Shown: one piece after another, positions 22,455 through 35,475 of the stretch
Layout of the letters: every line of letters begins with the position of its first letter
Position numbering within the stretch: the stretch's first letter is position 1
Source of the DNA: Picochlorum sp. SENEW3
Taxonomy: Eukaryota
DNA: 64,000 nt
Assembly (NCBI GenBank): GCA_034226945.1
Contig: CP120454.1
Span: forward strand, 1-64,000
Reading direction: 5' to 3'
Translations under genes and position numbers: made by a program
Notes under the pieces: model-generated
What the model saw: the letters and a program-made list of their open reading frames with translations, nothing else
Database searches by the model: none
Told to the model about the DNA's origin: nothing

Positions 22455-23999
22455 ATGGTGTTAGCTGAACTGGGTCAGCGCATCACGGGAGCCCTTGCGA
22501 GTATCTCGAGTGCTCCCGTGATCGACGAAGCAGCCCTTGACGCTTGTTTGAAGGAAATTGCGACTGCCCTGCTACAATCGGACGTGAATGTAAAAATTGT
22601 AGCAAAATTGAGGAATAATGTGAAGAAAAGGGTGAATATGGAGCAAATGGCCGACGGCTTGAACAGACAGCGGGTCATTGAAAAGGTATGCACTGTTGCT
22701 TCCGCTGCGATGGATGCTGTGACGACTACTATGTGAATATTATCTGATATTCAGGCGGTGTTTGACGAGCTGTGTGCCATTCTAGACGCTGGGGGCGATA
22801 GGAAACGTTTGGAGCTGAAAAAGGGCAAGGCCAACGTGGTCATGTTTGTGGGCCTTCAGGGAGCGGGAAAAACGACGACGTGCACCAAGTACGCATACTG
22901 GCACAAAAAGAAAGGGTTCAAGCCAGCAATGGTGTGCGCTGATACGTTCAGGGCTGGTGCATTCGACCAGTTGAAGCAGAATGCCACAAAGGCACAAATT
23001 CCATTCTATGGGTCTTACCAAGAGACCGATCCTTCGATCATCGCCGCCAATGGTGTCGAGCGATTCAAACAAGAGAATAGAGATCTGATCATCGTGGATA
23101 CATCAGGTCGTCACAAGCAAGAGGACTCGCTTTTCGAAGAGATGCGACAAGTGGCTGCAGCGGTCCAGCCAGACCATGTTGTGTTTGTCATGGACGGGTC
23201 GATAGGACAGGCAGCGTACGACCAAGCCAAAGCTTTCCACGATTCTGTTGATGTTGGACAAGTCATTATAACAAAACTGGATGGTCATGCCAAGGGGGGT
23301 GGGGCTCTCTCAGCTGTTGTGGCAACCCACTCGCCAATTTCATTTATTGGGACTGGAGAGCATATGCACGAATTCGAGGATTTTGAAACGCAAAAGTTTG
23401 TGGCTCGTCTGCTTGGTCGAGGAGACTGGGGTGGGTTCATAGATAAAGTGAAGGACGTGCTTCCCGAGGAAGAGCAGCAGGAGGAGCTGCTTGCCAAGAT
23501 CACAAAAGGGGAGTTTACCCTACGAATCATGTATGACCAGTTTGCCAACATCATGCGGATGGGGCCGATGAGTCAAGTCATGTCGATGATTCCTGGGTTC
23601 TCGAACGCCATGATGCCACAGGGAAGCGATAAAGAAGGACAGGCCAGAATGAAGCGATTCATGACAATCATGGACTCGATGACAGACAAAGAGCTGGATA
23701 GCTCGTCAACTAAAATGCTCGCAGAACCATCAAGGTTGGAAAGGTGGGCTAGAGGCAGTGGATGCAGTTTGATAGAAGTGCAAATGCTCATGGAAGAGTA
23801 TAAGCGCCTTGCACAAGTCTTCACAAAAACAATGAAGGGCATGAAACTTCCAAAGAGTCTCAAGGGTGATATGAATCCTCGCAACATGCAGCAGAATATT
23901 TCTCAGATGAGTAAAATGCTTCCGCCGCAGATGCTGAAGATGATGGGGGGGCCAGGAGCCCTGCAGAATATGATGAAGCAGATGGAAGGGAAGTTTTGA
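22455..23999 (+). CDS. SRP54: Signal recognition particle 54 kDa subunit; intron 22686-22754
   Basis: MVLAELG start, [33 protein letters not shown], Met-rich M domain. Confidence 0.97.
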
Positions 24000-24219
24000 T
24001 GTACAATTGTATTGTAAACAATTTAAACGATTGTCATATTTTTGGTACTATCCGTCGCTGTATCTATGCATTTGAAATGAATAGCATCCAATTGCAAGGA
24101 TGCTTCAGGTGTAGGCTTCACGTGCTCTGATATGACGACGAGCAGGGCGCACTGCCAACGTCCTTTTATTTCCCACATTCGTAGGACAGTGAGGCTGACT
24201 TCGAGTTCCTGAAACTCTT

Positions 24220-26124
24220 CTAAAGAAGCGCCGGATTCAAGAACTCTGTCATTAAATCCTGGAAGCCAGCTTCTTTCAATCCCTCCATCAGTGCTTTGGT
24301 CTCCTCAGGATCATCGATGCCCAAAAGTTCCCCAACCAGATTCTGCCCAAAAGGACCATCCAGGCTCAACCCGTTGGAAAAGTCCAGATTAAATCCTCTA
24401 GGTACCCCGGATAAGTCGAAACCTTTTATTGCCTTTGCAAGGCTATTATCAGTGTCATTCAGCAGCTGAGCTAGGTTGTCTTCGGACAATGCTGAGTCGA
24501 GTTGGGCCTTGACCGTCTTTTCCACTGCCGACCCAATCTTTTCCTTAAACCGCTCTGCAGGCTTCTGGAACCCTCTCATGGCGCTATTGATGTTGCCTTT
24601 CAACTGATCTTTTGAATTTTGGATCTTCTCCTTCACAGTAGAGAGATCGGGCAAGTTGAGCTTCCAATTCGATAGCTCATTCATCCTGGCGTCAATTTTG
24701 TTCTGCACCTCGTTAAGCCTTGACTCCACGTTGGCAACAAGTTCTCCCCTTTGTTGCGACCTTGACTCCATCAGATTCTGAGCGTTCTCTGATAGATGAG
24801 ACAGGACATTACTGAGTCCATCCTCGATGTCAGAAAAATCTGGGAGAGGTTTGCCGAGATTGAGCAGCCGCTTCAGTTGGTCGCCAGTCCCCAACCCCAC
24901 CTTCCAATCTGCAATCGATTTTTGCAGCTCAGAGCGGGCATTCTCAACATGATCTTTGGCCTTGGCGAGGTCTCTAGACCAAATGATCTTGTCCTTGTCT
25001 TTGCTTTTCCCAAGGAAGGGGAGCTGGGATAGCAAATTGCTGAGGACCTCAGCTGGACCCCTGAGCCCGTCTGCATTGAAGTTTGGGAATATCGACGAGC
25101 CGATGCCCTCTTTCTGTCCAATCCAAGGGAATCCCATCTCATTTAACTTGGAATCTGCAAATCGTGCAGAGGTGGCGTTTACGGCCTTTTCTAACAGACT
25201 AGAAATGCGTGATACAGGAGAGTTGTCTCCGTCCTTCATTCCCAGATATATCAAGGCTGCTGCAGAAGCCAAGAGCTTTCGCTTCTTGTCCTCACATTCT
25301 GTATCTGTACCGCAATCCTGGTTGATTGTTTGTAAATAAGAGTCCAGGCTGTCCCCAATGTTTATATCTTTCACTTGCCCACCATCAATGATTGTCCATT
25401 GAGAGGGCTGGGTGGCTCCAGAGAATGCCTGCACAGCATCAGAACTCACGCCGGTTGCAAGCTGTGGCATTGAAATACCCTTCGCTTCCACTTTACAGAG
25501 GATGAGGCTCCAATCGAATAATGGGTCTCTTCGAACAGCCTCATCTGCTGCAGTATCTTCCACCTGAAGAGTCCATGTACCAATAGATCCTCCTTTGGCT
25601 GCAATAACGGATGGCTTCCCGGAGGAATTTCGGTAAAACAATGACAGCTTCTGAAAAGGCCGGACAGCACCTCGAATGTCCCCAGAATCTTGGATTCTTT
25701 GACCGCTTATGTCTGTAAACACCACAGACATGTTGTTGCCGACTCCCTGGCCAGCCTCCTTCAAGACAACTCTCTTTATTGTTCTCATCTTGTCGGCAGA
25801 ATTCCTCTGTGCTTCTGCGCTGAGAGTCACTTTCAGATCCTCTACTCTTGGGTGCCACACATTTAAGGGGACAATGACGTCTCCGAGTGGATAGGCGTCC
25901 TCTACACGAAGCGCCTTCTCAACCACCCCAGTAACATCAGAAGGCAACATCTCTGCACCCAATGCATATTCCTTGCATAAATCCTGCAGACATCATGGAG
26001 TAAAAGAAGTCATCACATGACAAGTACTCTAGTGCCCAGTTTGGCAACGTACATTGTCTTCTCCTCGCGTTCGACCAGCAACAGCCAACCACACAATGGC
26101 CACAATGAGCTTTGAGAACGACAT
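24220..26124 (-). CDS. Secreted protein with a proprotein-convertase P-domain-like region and a long helical C-terminal part; exons 26124-26053, 25983-24220
   Basis: Upstream exon MSFSKLIVAIVWLAVAG splices in frame via GT-AG; LNVWHPRVEDLKVTL...GTWTLQVEDTA...DWSLIL resembles the P-domain. Confidence 0.65.
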
Positions 26125-26493
26125 ATATTCCTTTCTAATCCAATAAAAATTGCACTTAATGGGGTTGAACTACAATTCCACCACTGAATGTTGCACAAGA
26201 CGCGAGTCAAACCAATACCCACGTCGCTCGTTTTGGCACTTCCCAAACTTTTTGATACTCGTAGTCGGTACGATTGGCACGCTTCTACTTGCACGTGATT
26301 TTGTGAAATAGTATTTTGATTCCACGGAAATTGCGAATACGTGCCCGCCTTCCATTGAACAAAAGGCAGGGAATGTCGAAGGTTCGTTGACCAGAGACCT
26401 TTGAATCAGTTACAGGGCGGTTCGACAGTCCAAGGGCAGGCCTCTCTAGAGGAGTGAGAAGAGCAGAAGAGGTGCAGCGCTTACAACAACGGA

Positions 26494-29136
26494 TTATCGT
26501 GACTGAAAAAGTATGTCAGACAGCTTTTTTGTTCCTACAGCATTTCTGATACCCTGAAACATGGTCGATTGATCCTCAGGTGCTTGTTGTTCCATGCCAA
26601 TAGAGGCAGCCATTCTTGATTTTCTTGTTGGTTCAATGTCTGGGTCAACAGCATCAACTATGCCTTGAAGGGCGTGCATGGGAGCATTGTGGGCCACTGC
26701 ATATTCCATGACATCTTCTGGCTGGATGGCACCTCTCCTGTCCAGTTTTGACATGAAGTGGGTGACGGCCACCCAATCCTTTGCCCTGCACATGGCATCC
26801 AAACTGATCATCGCAAACTGCCTGTCTGACATTTTGAATTCTTTTGCTATCTTTTTCGCGTCATTTGTCAAACCAAAGAGTATACACTGTCGGACGGTGC
26901 CAGCAACCGAGTGTCCGAGGAAGATATCCCTGCCGCTAGACGCCTCTAGCCCACCTTGGATTTGTTGCAGGCGTTGGGCTGCCACACATGCACTGCTGAG
27001 CAGCTTGCCCTCCTTTTTCGCCTCTTCTACAGACTCTAAATGAGCCTTTGCATGGTTCCACGACGATGTGGATGCCGTGACATTCGTCGACAAGGGACCT
27101 TGTCTCGAATGGAAGAGAGCCAATGTGTCATGGTCTCTCGCTTGGGCAAGGTAATCCAAGTAGAGGGCATGGCCTCGCATCCGCTCAACTTCCTTCAAGT
27201 TTGCTTCTGTACCTTGATATTCTCTTAAAGGTGATTCTAAAAGCATCTTTCGAACTCCCGGACCACCCTGCTTGATGACTTGGAATATCGTGTCTGGGTC
27301 ACCCTCGACACTGGACTTTCTTACAGCATCCTCTAATCCGCCGGTCTGAAGGAGCAACGGAATTTGCCTCTTTACTGCGGTATCCAAATCTATCAACATC
27401 GATGCCAGGTACTTTCTGCCGCGCTGCAAAGCGTGCTTGGCAATGCTCGACCACGGAACCTCTGGATAGGCATTGAGGTTCTCAACCAAGGCATCAAACA
27501 AGTTTTTGTCTGCAACGTTTGCTGGGGTTGCACTAATTTTCCTCTTGCCCCATTTGAACAAAATATTTTGAGGAGTATGTCCCATCGATTCGCAGATGTC
27601 AAGTGCCAAGAGGAAATGGCCAAGGGTGCAGAGCCTCTCTAGAATCCTGGGCAGCCCCAGGGAGCCTAGCTGGACAAGAGTCAAGGGCAGGCCAATATGC
27701 GGCTGCCTGAGAGCATTGAGTATTCTGAGAGACCGTGCCAGTTCTACGACTTTTGTTCCCCTTTTGTATCGAAATTTCGTATCGTGGGATGCAAGTGGAG
27801 CGAACGCCATTCCAAAACAGGCAGCCCTGATGAGAGATTGCTGCCGCGACACGCTCAATTCAAAGCCTGCTGCATTCAAACAGGTCTGAACAGCCTCCTC
27901 CAGATCACCTTGATCCACGATTGCCAATAGCTCAGAAGCCGAGCGTACATCTTCCTTTCCCAAAAGTTCACGGGCATCGTGGAGAAGTGCACCGGGACGA
28001 ACAGACCCTGGCTCCAGCACATCTACAGCATCTTGAGGCACTAACCGGCAAAATTGCACCCCTCCACGACGCAGAAAGACGGCACCGTCCAGTTCCGGGG
28101 TTATAGTAACTACCTCCTCAACAGGTATCCAAGTACACGCGCCATCCACGTCCACAAACAGTGTGGATGACGTGTCTTCCCAATGAGCCACTACAGCATC
28201 GACGCCACACCATGCCAACAATGTTGTTGTGCCCGACGGCGTCTGAAAAGTAGAGTCATCCTCTCCCATTGCTGCCTCTTCCAAAGAAATTTCTACTACT
28301 ATGTTCTCGTTACGAAATATATATATGATATCGTGGCAATTCACCGCTGCAATCATCAACCCGTTGGGACTGGAGGCCACCTGCACAAATGGACCAAGTC
28401 CTGCTGCAAACTTCAGACTCTGGCCCGCATCCACAATCGCCAGGTCTGATCCAACTGCAACAACAATTTCCACCTCCCCACCCAAGGAGGGAATCACATC
28501 GAAGCAATGGACAGTGGCCCCCGGCATGTCTGGGTCTGCCAAGCGAAAAGGCATTCGAGCCTCGAAATCCCCCACACCCCAGAAATGATTCTCTCTCGTC
28601 CGAGCACACACGCCTGTCGAGAACACTTTGACTTCTTCTAGGCCTTCCTGCTCGCAAGCCGTTCCGAGAGAAAATTCGTCGCACGAAGAATGCCCGCTTC
28701 CAACCTCACTGTACACCAATGTCCAACCTCGATCAGTGACAACAACAAGACGCTCATCGCCAGTCCATCCCACGTGCAGTATCCTATTCCGTGTGCTCGA
28801 TAGTCCATGAAGCTCGACATTCTCCACCAGAGTCCCACTCAATGTGCAGACATGAACACGTTCTTCCGACTCTGGTACCCCAAGCTGAAGCACCAACTTT
28901 GACTCGTCCCTGACAAACGCAACCAAGCCCCCATGCCCGCAGCAAAAGGTTCGCATATATTCAAGATCTATAGGTCTTGTCCCATCTGTCACCGTACCCC
29001 AACGAAATCCCTCATTCTGATCAGAAGCCTGCAGCGTCCAGGAGGAGGGACATGGATACAAGGTCTCACAGGACACGTAACGCTTGGAACCCAAAGGCCT
29101 CCAATTCACAAAGGCATCTTCCTCAACCTCGTCCAT
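26494..29136 (-). CDS. VPS16: Vacuolar protein sorting 16 (HOPS/CORVET)
   Basis: 880 aa; WCGVDAV, AVQTCLNAAGFE...QQSLIRAACFG, LRILNALR..IGLPLT, QIPLLL. Confidence 0.92.
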   Translation of the reverse strand: MDEVEEDAFVNWRPLGSKRYVSCETLYPCPSSWTLQASDQNEGFRWGTVTDGTRPIDLEYMRTFCCGHGGLVAFVRDESKLVLQLGVPESEERVHVCTLSGTLVENVELHGLSSTRNRILHVGWTGDERLVVVTDRGWTLVYSEVGSGHSSCDEFSLGTACEQEGLEEVKVFSTGVCARTRENHFWGVGDFEARMPFRLADPDMPGATVHCFDVIPSLGGEVEIVVAVGSDLAIVDAGQSLKFAAGLGPFVQVASSPNGLMIAAVNCHDIIYIFRNENIVVEISLEEAAMGEDDSTFQTPSGTTTLLAWCGVDAVVAHWEDTSSTLFVDVDGACTWIPVEEVVTITPELDGAVFLRRGGVQFCRLVPQDAVDVLEPGSVRPGALLHDARELLGKEDVRSASELLAIVDQGDLEEAVQTCLNAAGFELSVSRQQSLIRAACFGMAFAPLASHDTKFRYKRGTKVVELARSLRILNALRQPHIGLPLTLVQLGSLGLPRILERLCTLGHFLLALDICESMGHTPQNILFKWGKRKISATPANVADKNLFDALVENLNAYPEVPWSSIAKHALQRGRKYLASMLIDLDTAVKRQIPLLLQTGGLEDAVRKSSVEGDPDTIFQVIKQGGPGVRKMLLESPLREYQGTEANLKEVERMRGHALYLDYLAQARDHDTLALFHSRQGPLSTNVTASTSSWNHAKAHLESVEEAKKEGKLLSSACVAAQRLQQIQGGLEASSGRDIFLGHSVAGTVRQCILFGLTNDAKKIAKEFKMSDRQFAMISLDAMCRAKDWVAVTHFMSKLDRRGAIQPEDVMEYAVAHNAPMHALQGIVDAVDPDIEPTRKSRMAASIGMEQQAPEDQSTMFQGIRNAVGTKKLSDILFQSR

Positions 29137-29539
29137 ATTGATAATGATAGTGTGTCTGTAACCTTGTCGTAAGGAGACCTTGTATTCATTATTCCCTTGG
29201 TACCAGGGACTATATTACGAGGTCTTCGATCAAAGATTATCTTTGACCGGACATCGGAAACATACAACGCTGCGCATGTCGAGACTTGAGGTCCACCTGC
29301 ACATCTCCTCGTGCAGACTGGTTTTCATCATTTATTGCTTCGATTATTTCTATTATTATATCAGGTGCGATGAATAGAGTGAATTCTGGGCTCTTCTCGG
29401 AAGGTTCAGCCAAACGGCCTTGTAACTGCCACGAGCGAGATGATTCTCTCGTGTCCGACTTGGGGTTGGATGAACTCCTAAAATGATGCTATGCATTGGT
29501 AATATATCTGGTGTTTACTTCAGTGCAGGCTTTGGGATC

Positions 29540-32500
29540 ATGGCGAACGCCCTTCCAGGGGAAGACGGTTGTGTTGGTGTGACAAACACGTGCGACTGGG
29601 AGGAGTGTAAAGAGAATTTTCAGCCCATCAAAGATGGCAGAAAGCCGGAAGGTTTGAGCAACATTGGAAGCAAGGGTTCAAAAGGAGTGCTCCAACCAAA
29701 AGGGGTCGAGGAGGACAGAAGAAAGTTCATCCAGGCCATCAAGGATTACGAGGGGGAGGACCCATTGGAGACGTGGCTCGAGTACATCAAGTGGACAAAG
29801 GATACCTTTGTCAGTGGGGGGCAGAAATCCGAGTTGTTGCCACTCTTGGAAAGATGCACCAGAGAATTTCATGGGCGAGAGGAATACAGAGATGACATCA
29901 GGTATCTCAGGGTGTGGATCCAATACGTGCGTATTTTGTACTAGTGTGAGGGGTGTATAGATTTGTCTGCTTACCATGGGGTTGTGTGTTGTCTTGCAGG
30001 CTGACTGTCTGCCAGATCCAGCAGATGTCTTCTCTTACCTGGTTGATCACAATATTGGGCAAGGGCACGCCCTTTTCTACATTGCATACGCCACATTTCT
30101 AGAATTGAAAAGAAATTATTCTCTGGCTGACAGCATGTACCAGGCGGGTATCGAGAAGAAAGCCGTCCCTTTGGAAAGGCTGGAACAAAAGTTTTTGGAA
30201 TTCCAGCACAGAATGGTGAGGAGGATCCAGCGCAAGGCTTCAGAGCAGCAGCAGAGGGGGCAGCCGGCTCCTGGTGAGAGGCGGGGTTTGAAAACTCTCC
30301 GAGCCTCTTCTCATAAATCCACTGGTGGAAAACGAAGGAATACAGCCTCAAGCAATGCAGGGTCGAGTGCCATACCTGTATTTGTGGATGAGGAATTTTC
30401 TTCATCCTCTGCCCAAAGACCCGCGCCTACAGGATCTATGGTCCTTCCATCATATCAAGAGTCACAAAAAGAGAATACACTGTCGGCAATGCCATGGGCT
30501 GGACAGACCATCAGGCAGAAAGATGGCAGTGGAAGCACACAGAGGGAGGAGCCTCTTCAAGTCATGGAAGATCCTCACTTTGCAAGATCCAGGGTTGAGG
30601 GGGATTCAAACGCACAAAAAAATGAACACACGCTTCGGCAGCGCCTGGATAAGGATGTTTTGGAGGAGCAGTTGTCGGTCGATCCCTTGAAATTGCTGAA
30701 GAATCCAAGCGAGGCCCAAGAGCACCAGGTTGGAAGCTTTGCTGACAGGGTAACTGGGGATGTTCTCTCTCCATTCGAGCATCAAACCGTTGAGAATGAA
30801 GTAGGAAAGAAGGAGGAGGAAGAAGATGTCACGATAGGCACCAGAGATGCCTACAAAGCCATGAACTGCTTGTTCACTGGGGCTGCGAGGTCCTCCTCCT
30901 TGCACAGGGAGGCTTCTGAACCTCTGGAACTGGAACCTACCATGACGATCAACACCAGAGATGCCCTGGATGCTGTCAACAATATGTTTCAAGATTCATT
31001 CAATGTCTCCGGTGAGGGAAGGCAGGCCATACCTGATGATGTCCAAGGAAGGGATGAGACAATTATCATTTCAAACCCTGAACAGCGCGAGGGTGATGGA
31101 GGATTTGACATTCGTGAAGATACTGTGTTCCTATCCGACGGTAAAACGCTCGGAGACGAGAACGAATCTCAAGAATTTCTTGTGCGAGAGGACACAGTCT
31201 TCACCTCAGGCAATGGAGGGGAGGATGAAAACTTTTCCATTCGTGAAGACACTGTCTTTCTCCGAGGTGATACTTCACAATCAAGAGGTCATGTAGAGCA
31301 GGGGGAGCCAGACGAGACTGTCCAACTTCAGGGGAGCGACTCAGCAGGAGTGCCTTCGGTCAGCCAGCTGTCGGAGAATGATGAGAATGCGGTGCCCGAA
31401 GGACTCGTTCAAATTCCTAATAGAGAGCGGAAACACGATCCTTTACGATCTTTAGATAGAGACGATCTCCTTGCCAATGGCATCGAAGAGCACACTGACG
31501 AGGAGGCTGAAGAAGCTCTGGCCACAGCAATCTCAGCAGAAGAAGAGGGGTTTGTTGTCCTGGAGGATTCCAACCCGCAGCAAAAATTGATTGACCCCTT
31601 CGATGGTACGTTCCAAAAGTCCATGATCGAGTCTCTCGATCCTGCCGTATCAGAATGGCCAGGCGTACACGTGTTAAATGCCGAGCAGGCAGATGAGTAC
31701 AAAAGATTGTTGGACCCAGCAGCTGCTGCAGACACCGTGTGTTGCCCATTAGTGGTTGAGAGCGAGCTGGACGTGACTATTACAGGTAAAATTGGTTCTG
31801 GGTCATATGCCAATGTATACGGCGGAATCGACAATTCAGAAAAGGCGCATGTAGCTCTAAAGCTCCAGTCTCCCCCCTGTCCGTGGGAATGGTTTCTTTG
31901 CAAGGTTCTGGAGGGCCGAGTGGGGCACCACGATGTTTGTAAACTGGTGATTCCCTCCAAAATGCTGTTGTCGGAAGAATTTTCCCTGATCGTCATGCCT
32001 AAAGGAGAACAAGGTACATTACAAGATCTGTTGAACAGGTTTCTGCACGATGGCAAACACGTTGACCAAAGCATTGCTGCCAGCATGTCGCTTTGCCTCT
32101 TTGAGGCTGTGAAGCAATTGCACGACAACAAAATAGTCCATAATGATATCAAACCGGATAATATCATGTTCGCTATTGACAGCGCTGGAGAGCATATGTC
32201 CTTTTCCCTGATAGACATTGGTAGAGGTGTGGATTTACAGCTTCTCCCAGAAAATACCCTGCTATTCGGGGATTCTGAGACAGATTCTTTCAGATGTGTC
32301 GAAATGAGAGAGAGTAAACCATGGCTTTGGCAGGCAGATACGTATGCCATGGCTTGTGTGCTCCACTGCATCATCTTTGGTAAATACATGGAGGTTGAAA
32401 GGGTCATTGATCAGCAGACTGGTGAGACGTTCGTCAGGAGCAGCATGCGATTCCCTCGAGCATACGACGAGCAAGTTTGGGAAAGCATCTTTAGAGACTT

Positions 32501-32642
32501 GTTGAATTGCCAAAGTTTACGTGCAGATGTTCCCCCAGACTGGGATTCCCTCTGTGAGAAGATGTCGTCGATATTGTCAGCAAATGGCAAGGCCCATCAC
32601 AGCGAGATGAAGAGGCTTGCTCGAATGTTCCACCATTCATAG
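29540..32642 (+). CDS. BUB1: Bub1/BubR1 (MadBub) spindle checkpoint kinase; intron 29927-29999
   Basis: WEECKENFQPIKDGR KEN box, TPR domain (DPLETWLEYIKW, DIRYLRVWIQY), kinase HNDIKPDN, FRCVEMRESKPW. Confidence 0.93.
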
Positions 32643-32673
32643 CCAAAAGTAGTTTTGTAAAAGAATAGGTGTC

Positions 32674-33474
32674 ATGATTTTGAGACGAATCGGCAAAATC
32701 GCCGAGTCTCTCTCGGGAAATCTCTCCAAGTTTGCAGAAGCCACTCCAACAGTCCTCCGATGCTCGATCTTCGAAGGGTCGAACGAGCATCTGCAGCAAC
32801 CAAAAATATTTTATAGTGATAGTAGGGGGGAAGAAGATGCGAAAGCCCCGCAGCCTGACGCATCAACCGGTAGCAGCAGCGACTGGACGGCAGCCATGGA
32901 CTCTGGGAACTGGGACCAAGCCTGGGAAATGTTCTCTTCCCAGCTCCATAAGGACGATAGAAGTTTTCCAAAGTTTGAAGAGTTGTTAGCATGGGATCCA
33001 GATGACGAAGAGAAAGAGGTTCGTCGACAGAAAGAGCTGGATTTCCAGGAGAGCGTGGCGAGGTCAAGGGTGAGAAAAGTAAGCGAGCAGGGAATTGCCC
33101 ACGGCGTCGGCAGACGAAAGACCAGCGTCGCTCAAGTCTGGATCAGAGAAGGAATAGGCCATTGCATGGTGAATAGGAAGCCGTTCGATATGTATTTCGC
33201 CGACCTGATGCGTCGAAATGACATCATCACCCCGCTAGTGGTGGCAAATTCTCTGGGAAAGTTTGATGTGATGGCGCTTGTGCAGGGCGGAGGTTCCATG
33301 GGTCAGGCGCAAGCGATGCGTCATGGCATAGCAAGGGCTTTGCAGAATTGGAATCCCGATCTGAGGGGCGTACTTAAGGAATCTGGTCTCTTGTCGAGGG
33401 ATGCCAGGATTGTTGAGAGGAAAAAACCTGGCAAGAAGAAGGCCAGAAAGAGCTTCCAATGGGTAAAGCGATAG
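32674..33474 (+). CDS. MRPS9: Mitochondrial ribosomal protein S9 (uS9m)
   Basis: GRRKTSVA, GGGSMGQAQAMRHGIARAL, RDARIVERKKPGKKKARKSFQWVKR; N-terminal extension. Confidence 0.93.
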   Translation: MILRRIGKIAESLSGNLSKFAEATPTVLRCSIFEGSNEHLQQPKIFYSDSRGEEDAKAPQPDASTGSSSDWTAAMDSGNWDQAWEMFSSQLHKDDRSFPKFEELLAWDPDDEEKEVRRQKELDFQESVARSRVRKVSEQGIAHGVGRRKTSVAQVWIREGIGHCMVNRKPFDMYFADLMRRNDIITPLVVANSLGKFDVMALVQGGGSMGQAQAMRHGIARALQNWNPDLRGVLKESGLLSRDARIVERKKPGKKKARKSFQWVKR

Positions 33475-33588
33475 ATTTATGAACAATATACGTAGTTTCA
33501 AAATGTAATTTTCATTTGAATCCAATTGAGCGCTGCCAGTACATGCTCTGGTGGGCCATGACAATGGCAACTGTAACAAACAACAAAC

Positions 33589-35475
33589 CTATGCTTCTTC
33601 CTCTTCAAAGGGAGCTACACATCCTTCTGAATGGATCAGATCACAGGGGAAAAAGTCCCTAGGCTCTGGGTACAAGAGCTGCTGCTTGCCATCTAGATAA
33701 CGGTTGATCATTTTCCTGGTGGATGGATTGTATCCGTCGGACACATCAATCTTTCTATTTTTTGTTCGTGCCTCTGAGACAGATTGGCGAACTCGGGTTG
33801 CCAACACCTTTCCAAGTTCTACTCCCCACTGATCAAATGCATTGATGCCCCAGATAAAGCCTTGTGCAGCAACGCGAGCTTCATAGAGCGCCAGGAGTTG
33901 ACCAACTGTGAATGGATTGACTCCCGGGAGCAAGAGAGAAGATGATGGTCTATTACCACTGAACGTTTTGTGTGGCACGTAAAATGGTGCTACTCCCTCT
34001 GCCCTCAGCTCGTCTGAACTCTTTCCAGTTGCAAGAGCATCAGCCTGTGCGAAAAAGTTGCACATCAATTCGTCATGATTAGAAACTTGCTCTCCTCGAA
34101 GATAGACACTTTGCTGACTCTTGATGGTGCCAATAAATTCTGCGGGGACCACTCTGCCTTGATGGATCAGCTGATAAAAGGAATGCTGTCCATTTGTACC
34201 GGGCTCACCAAAGTAAATTTCTCCTGCTTTGAAGGACAAGGGATCACCATCCAGAGACACCTGCTTTCCCAATGATTCCATCGCAACCTGCTGCATGTGC
34301 GCTGGGAATTTTGACAGGGCTTGGCAGTATGGCAGTATAGCAACGGAGGATCTTGCCAAGAACGTCGAGTTCCAGATTGAAATCAGTGCCATAATAACCG
34401 GCAGATTGTATTCAAATGGCGCATCCCTGAAGTGAACATCCAAGTCATGTGCCCCTCGCAGAAAGTCGTTCATTTTGTCAAACCCGTACTGCAAGGAAAG
34501 TGGTAGCATTCCTACAGCAGACGTCACTGAGTAGCGGCCTCCAACCCAATCCCAGAAACCAAAGGCATTCTCTGGATCGATTCCAAACTCGCTGACAGCC
34601 TTCAGGTTGGTGGATACGGCAACCATGTGTTTCTTCACTGTCTCTGATGACTTGTATCCACGCTGCGAAAGTTCAGTAGTGAGCCAGGTTCTGACGGTTC
34701 GTGCATTCAACATAGTCTCGGTGGTTGTGAAGGTTTTGGAAATCACCACCACTAATGTCTCCTCAGGATCCAGTTCATGCAGAGCTTTAGCAACATCAAC
34801 AGGATCCACATTTGCCAAGAATCTCAATTTTCTTCCATTTCCTTCTGCTTTACAGCCCTCATCGAATTGAAGAGCAGTGTGGACAAAAGCAGGTCCCAAA
34901 TAGGACCCACCGATGCCAATAGCCACCACATTCTTAATAGGTTTACCACTCACTCCTGTCCATTCACCGGAACGGACCTTGTCCGAGAATTCTTTGATTT
35001 TGTCCAAAACACCCCATACGTCTGGTACCACATCCTTGCCTTCCACAAGAATGCGAGCCTCACGTGGCGCTCTCAAGGCGGTGTGAAGAACAGCTCGATC
35101 CTCTGTTGCATTAATATGATCCCCAGCAAACATGGCATTCATCTTTGTTCTCAGCTTTGATCGCTCTGCTAGATTCAACAATAGTTGCAATGTGCTATCC
35201 GTCATATTTTGACGGCTAAAGTCGAGATAAATCCCATTGTGCTCTCTGATCATTGCATCAGTCCTCTCCTCATCCAGAAGCAAATCTTTCAGGTGCAGTT
35301 GCTGGACTTCTTTGACATGCTCTTGGAGAGCCATCCACTCAGGAGAGTATGCAATGGGAAGCTTCTTACCCATCATGGTGGATGCATTCACACCAGCGTG
35401 TGTGGTCACATCGACAGATGGTACTTTGCTCCATCTGGCAAATGGGACAGCACAGCGTCTTCTGCCCCTGCACAC
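33589..35475 (-). CDS. PGI: Glucose-6-phosphate isomerase (5' end uncertain; possible upstream exon/transit peptide)
   Basis: [63 protein letters not shown]. Confidence 0.96.
   Translation of the reverse strand: MCRGRRRCAVPFARWSKVPSVDVTTHAGVNASTMMGKKLPIAYSPEWMALQEHVKEVQQLHLKDLLLDEERTDAMIREHNGIYLDFSRQNMTDSTLQLLLNLAERSKLRTKMNAMFAGDHINATEDRAVLHTALRAPREARILVEGKDVVPDVWGVLDKIKEFSDKVRSGEWTGVSGKPIKNVVAIGIGGSYLGPAFVHTALQFDEGCKAEGNGRKLRFLANVDPVDVAKALHELDPEETLVVVISKTFTTTETMLNARTVRTWLTTELSQRGYKSSETVKKHMVAVSTNLKAVSEFGIDPENAFGFWDWVGGRYSVTSAVGMLPLSLQYGFDKMNDFLRGAHDLDVHFRDAPFEYNLPVIMALISIWNSTFLARSSVAILPYCQALSKFPAHMQQVAMESLGKQVSLDGDPLSFKAGEIYFGEPGTNGQHSFYQLIHQGRVVPAEFIGTIKSQQSVYLRGEQVSNHDELMCNFFAQADALATGKSSDELRAEGVAPFYVPHKTFSGNRPSSSLLLPGVNPFTVGQLLALYEARVAAQGFIWGINAFDQWGVELGKVLATRVRQSVSEARTKNRKIDVSDGYNPSTRKMINRYLDGKQQLLYPEPRDFFPCDLIHSEGCVAPFEEEEA

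Noticed and set aside
24220..26124. P-domain protein as the convertase that processes the RRRL family
   Set aside because: No subtilase catalytic motifs, 24 kb away, and no evidence of linkage.
31409..32407. 332-aa ORF antisense to the Bub1 kinase domain
   Set aside because: Antisense shadow with no motifs.
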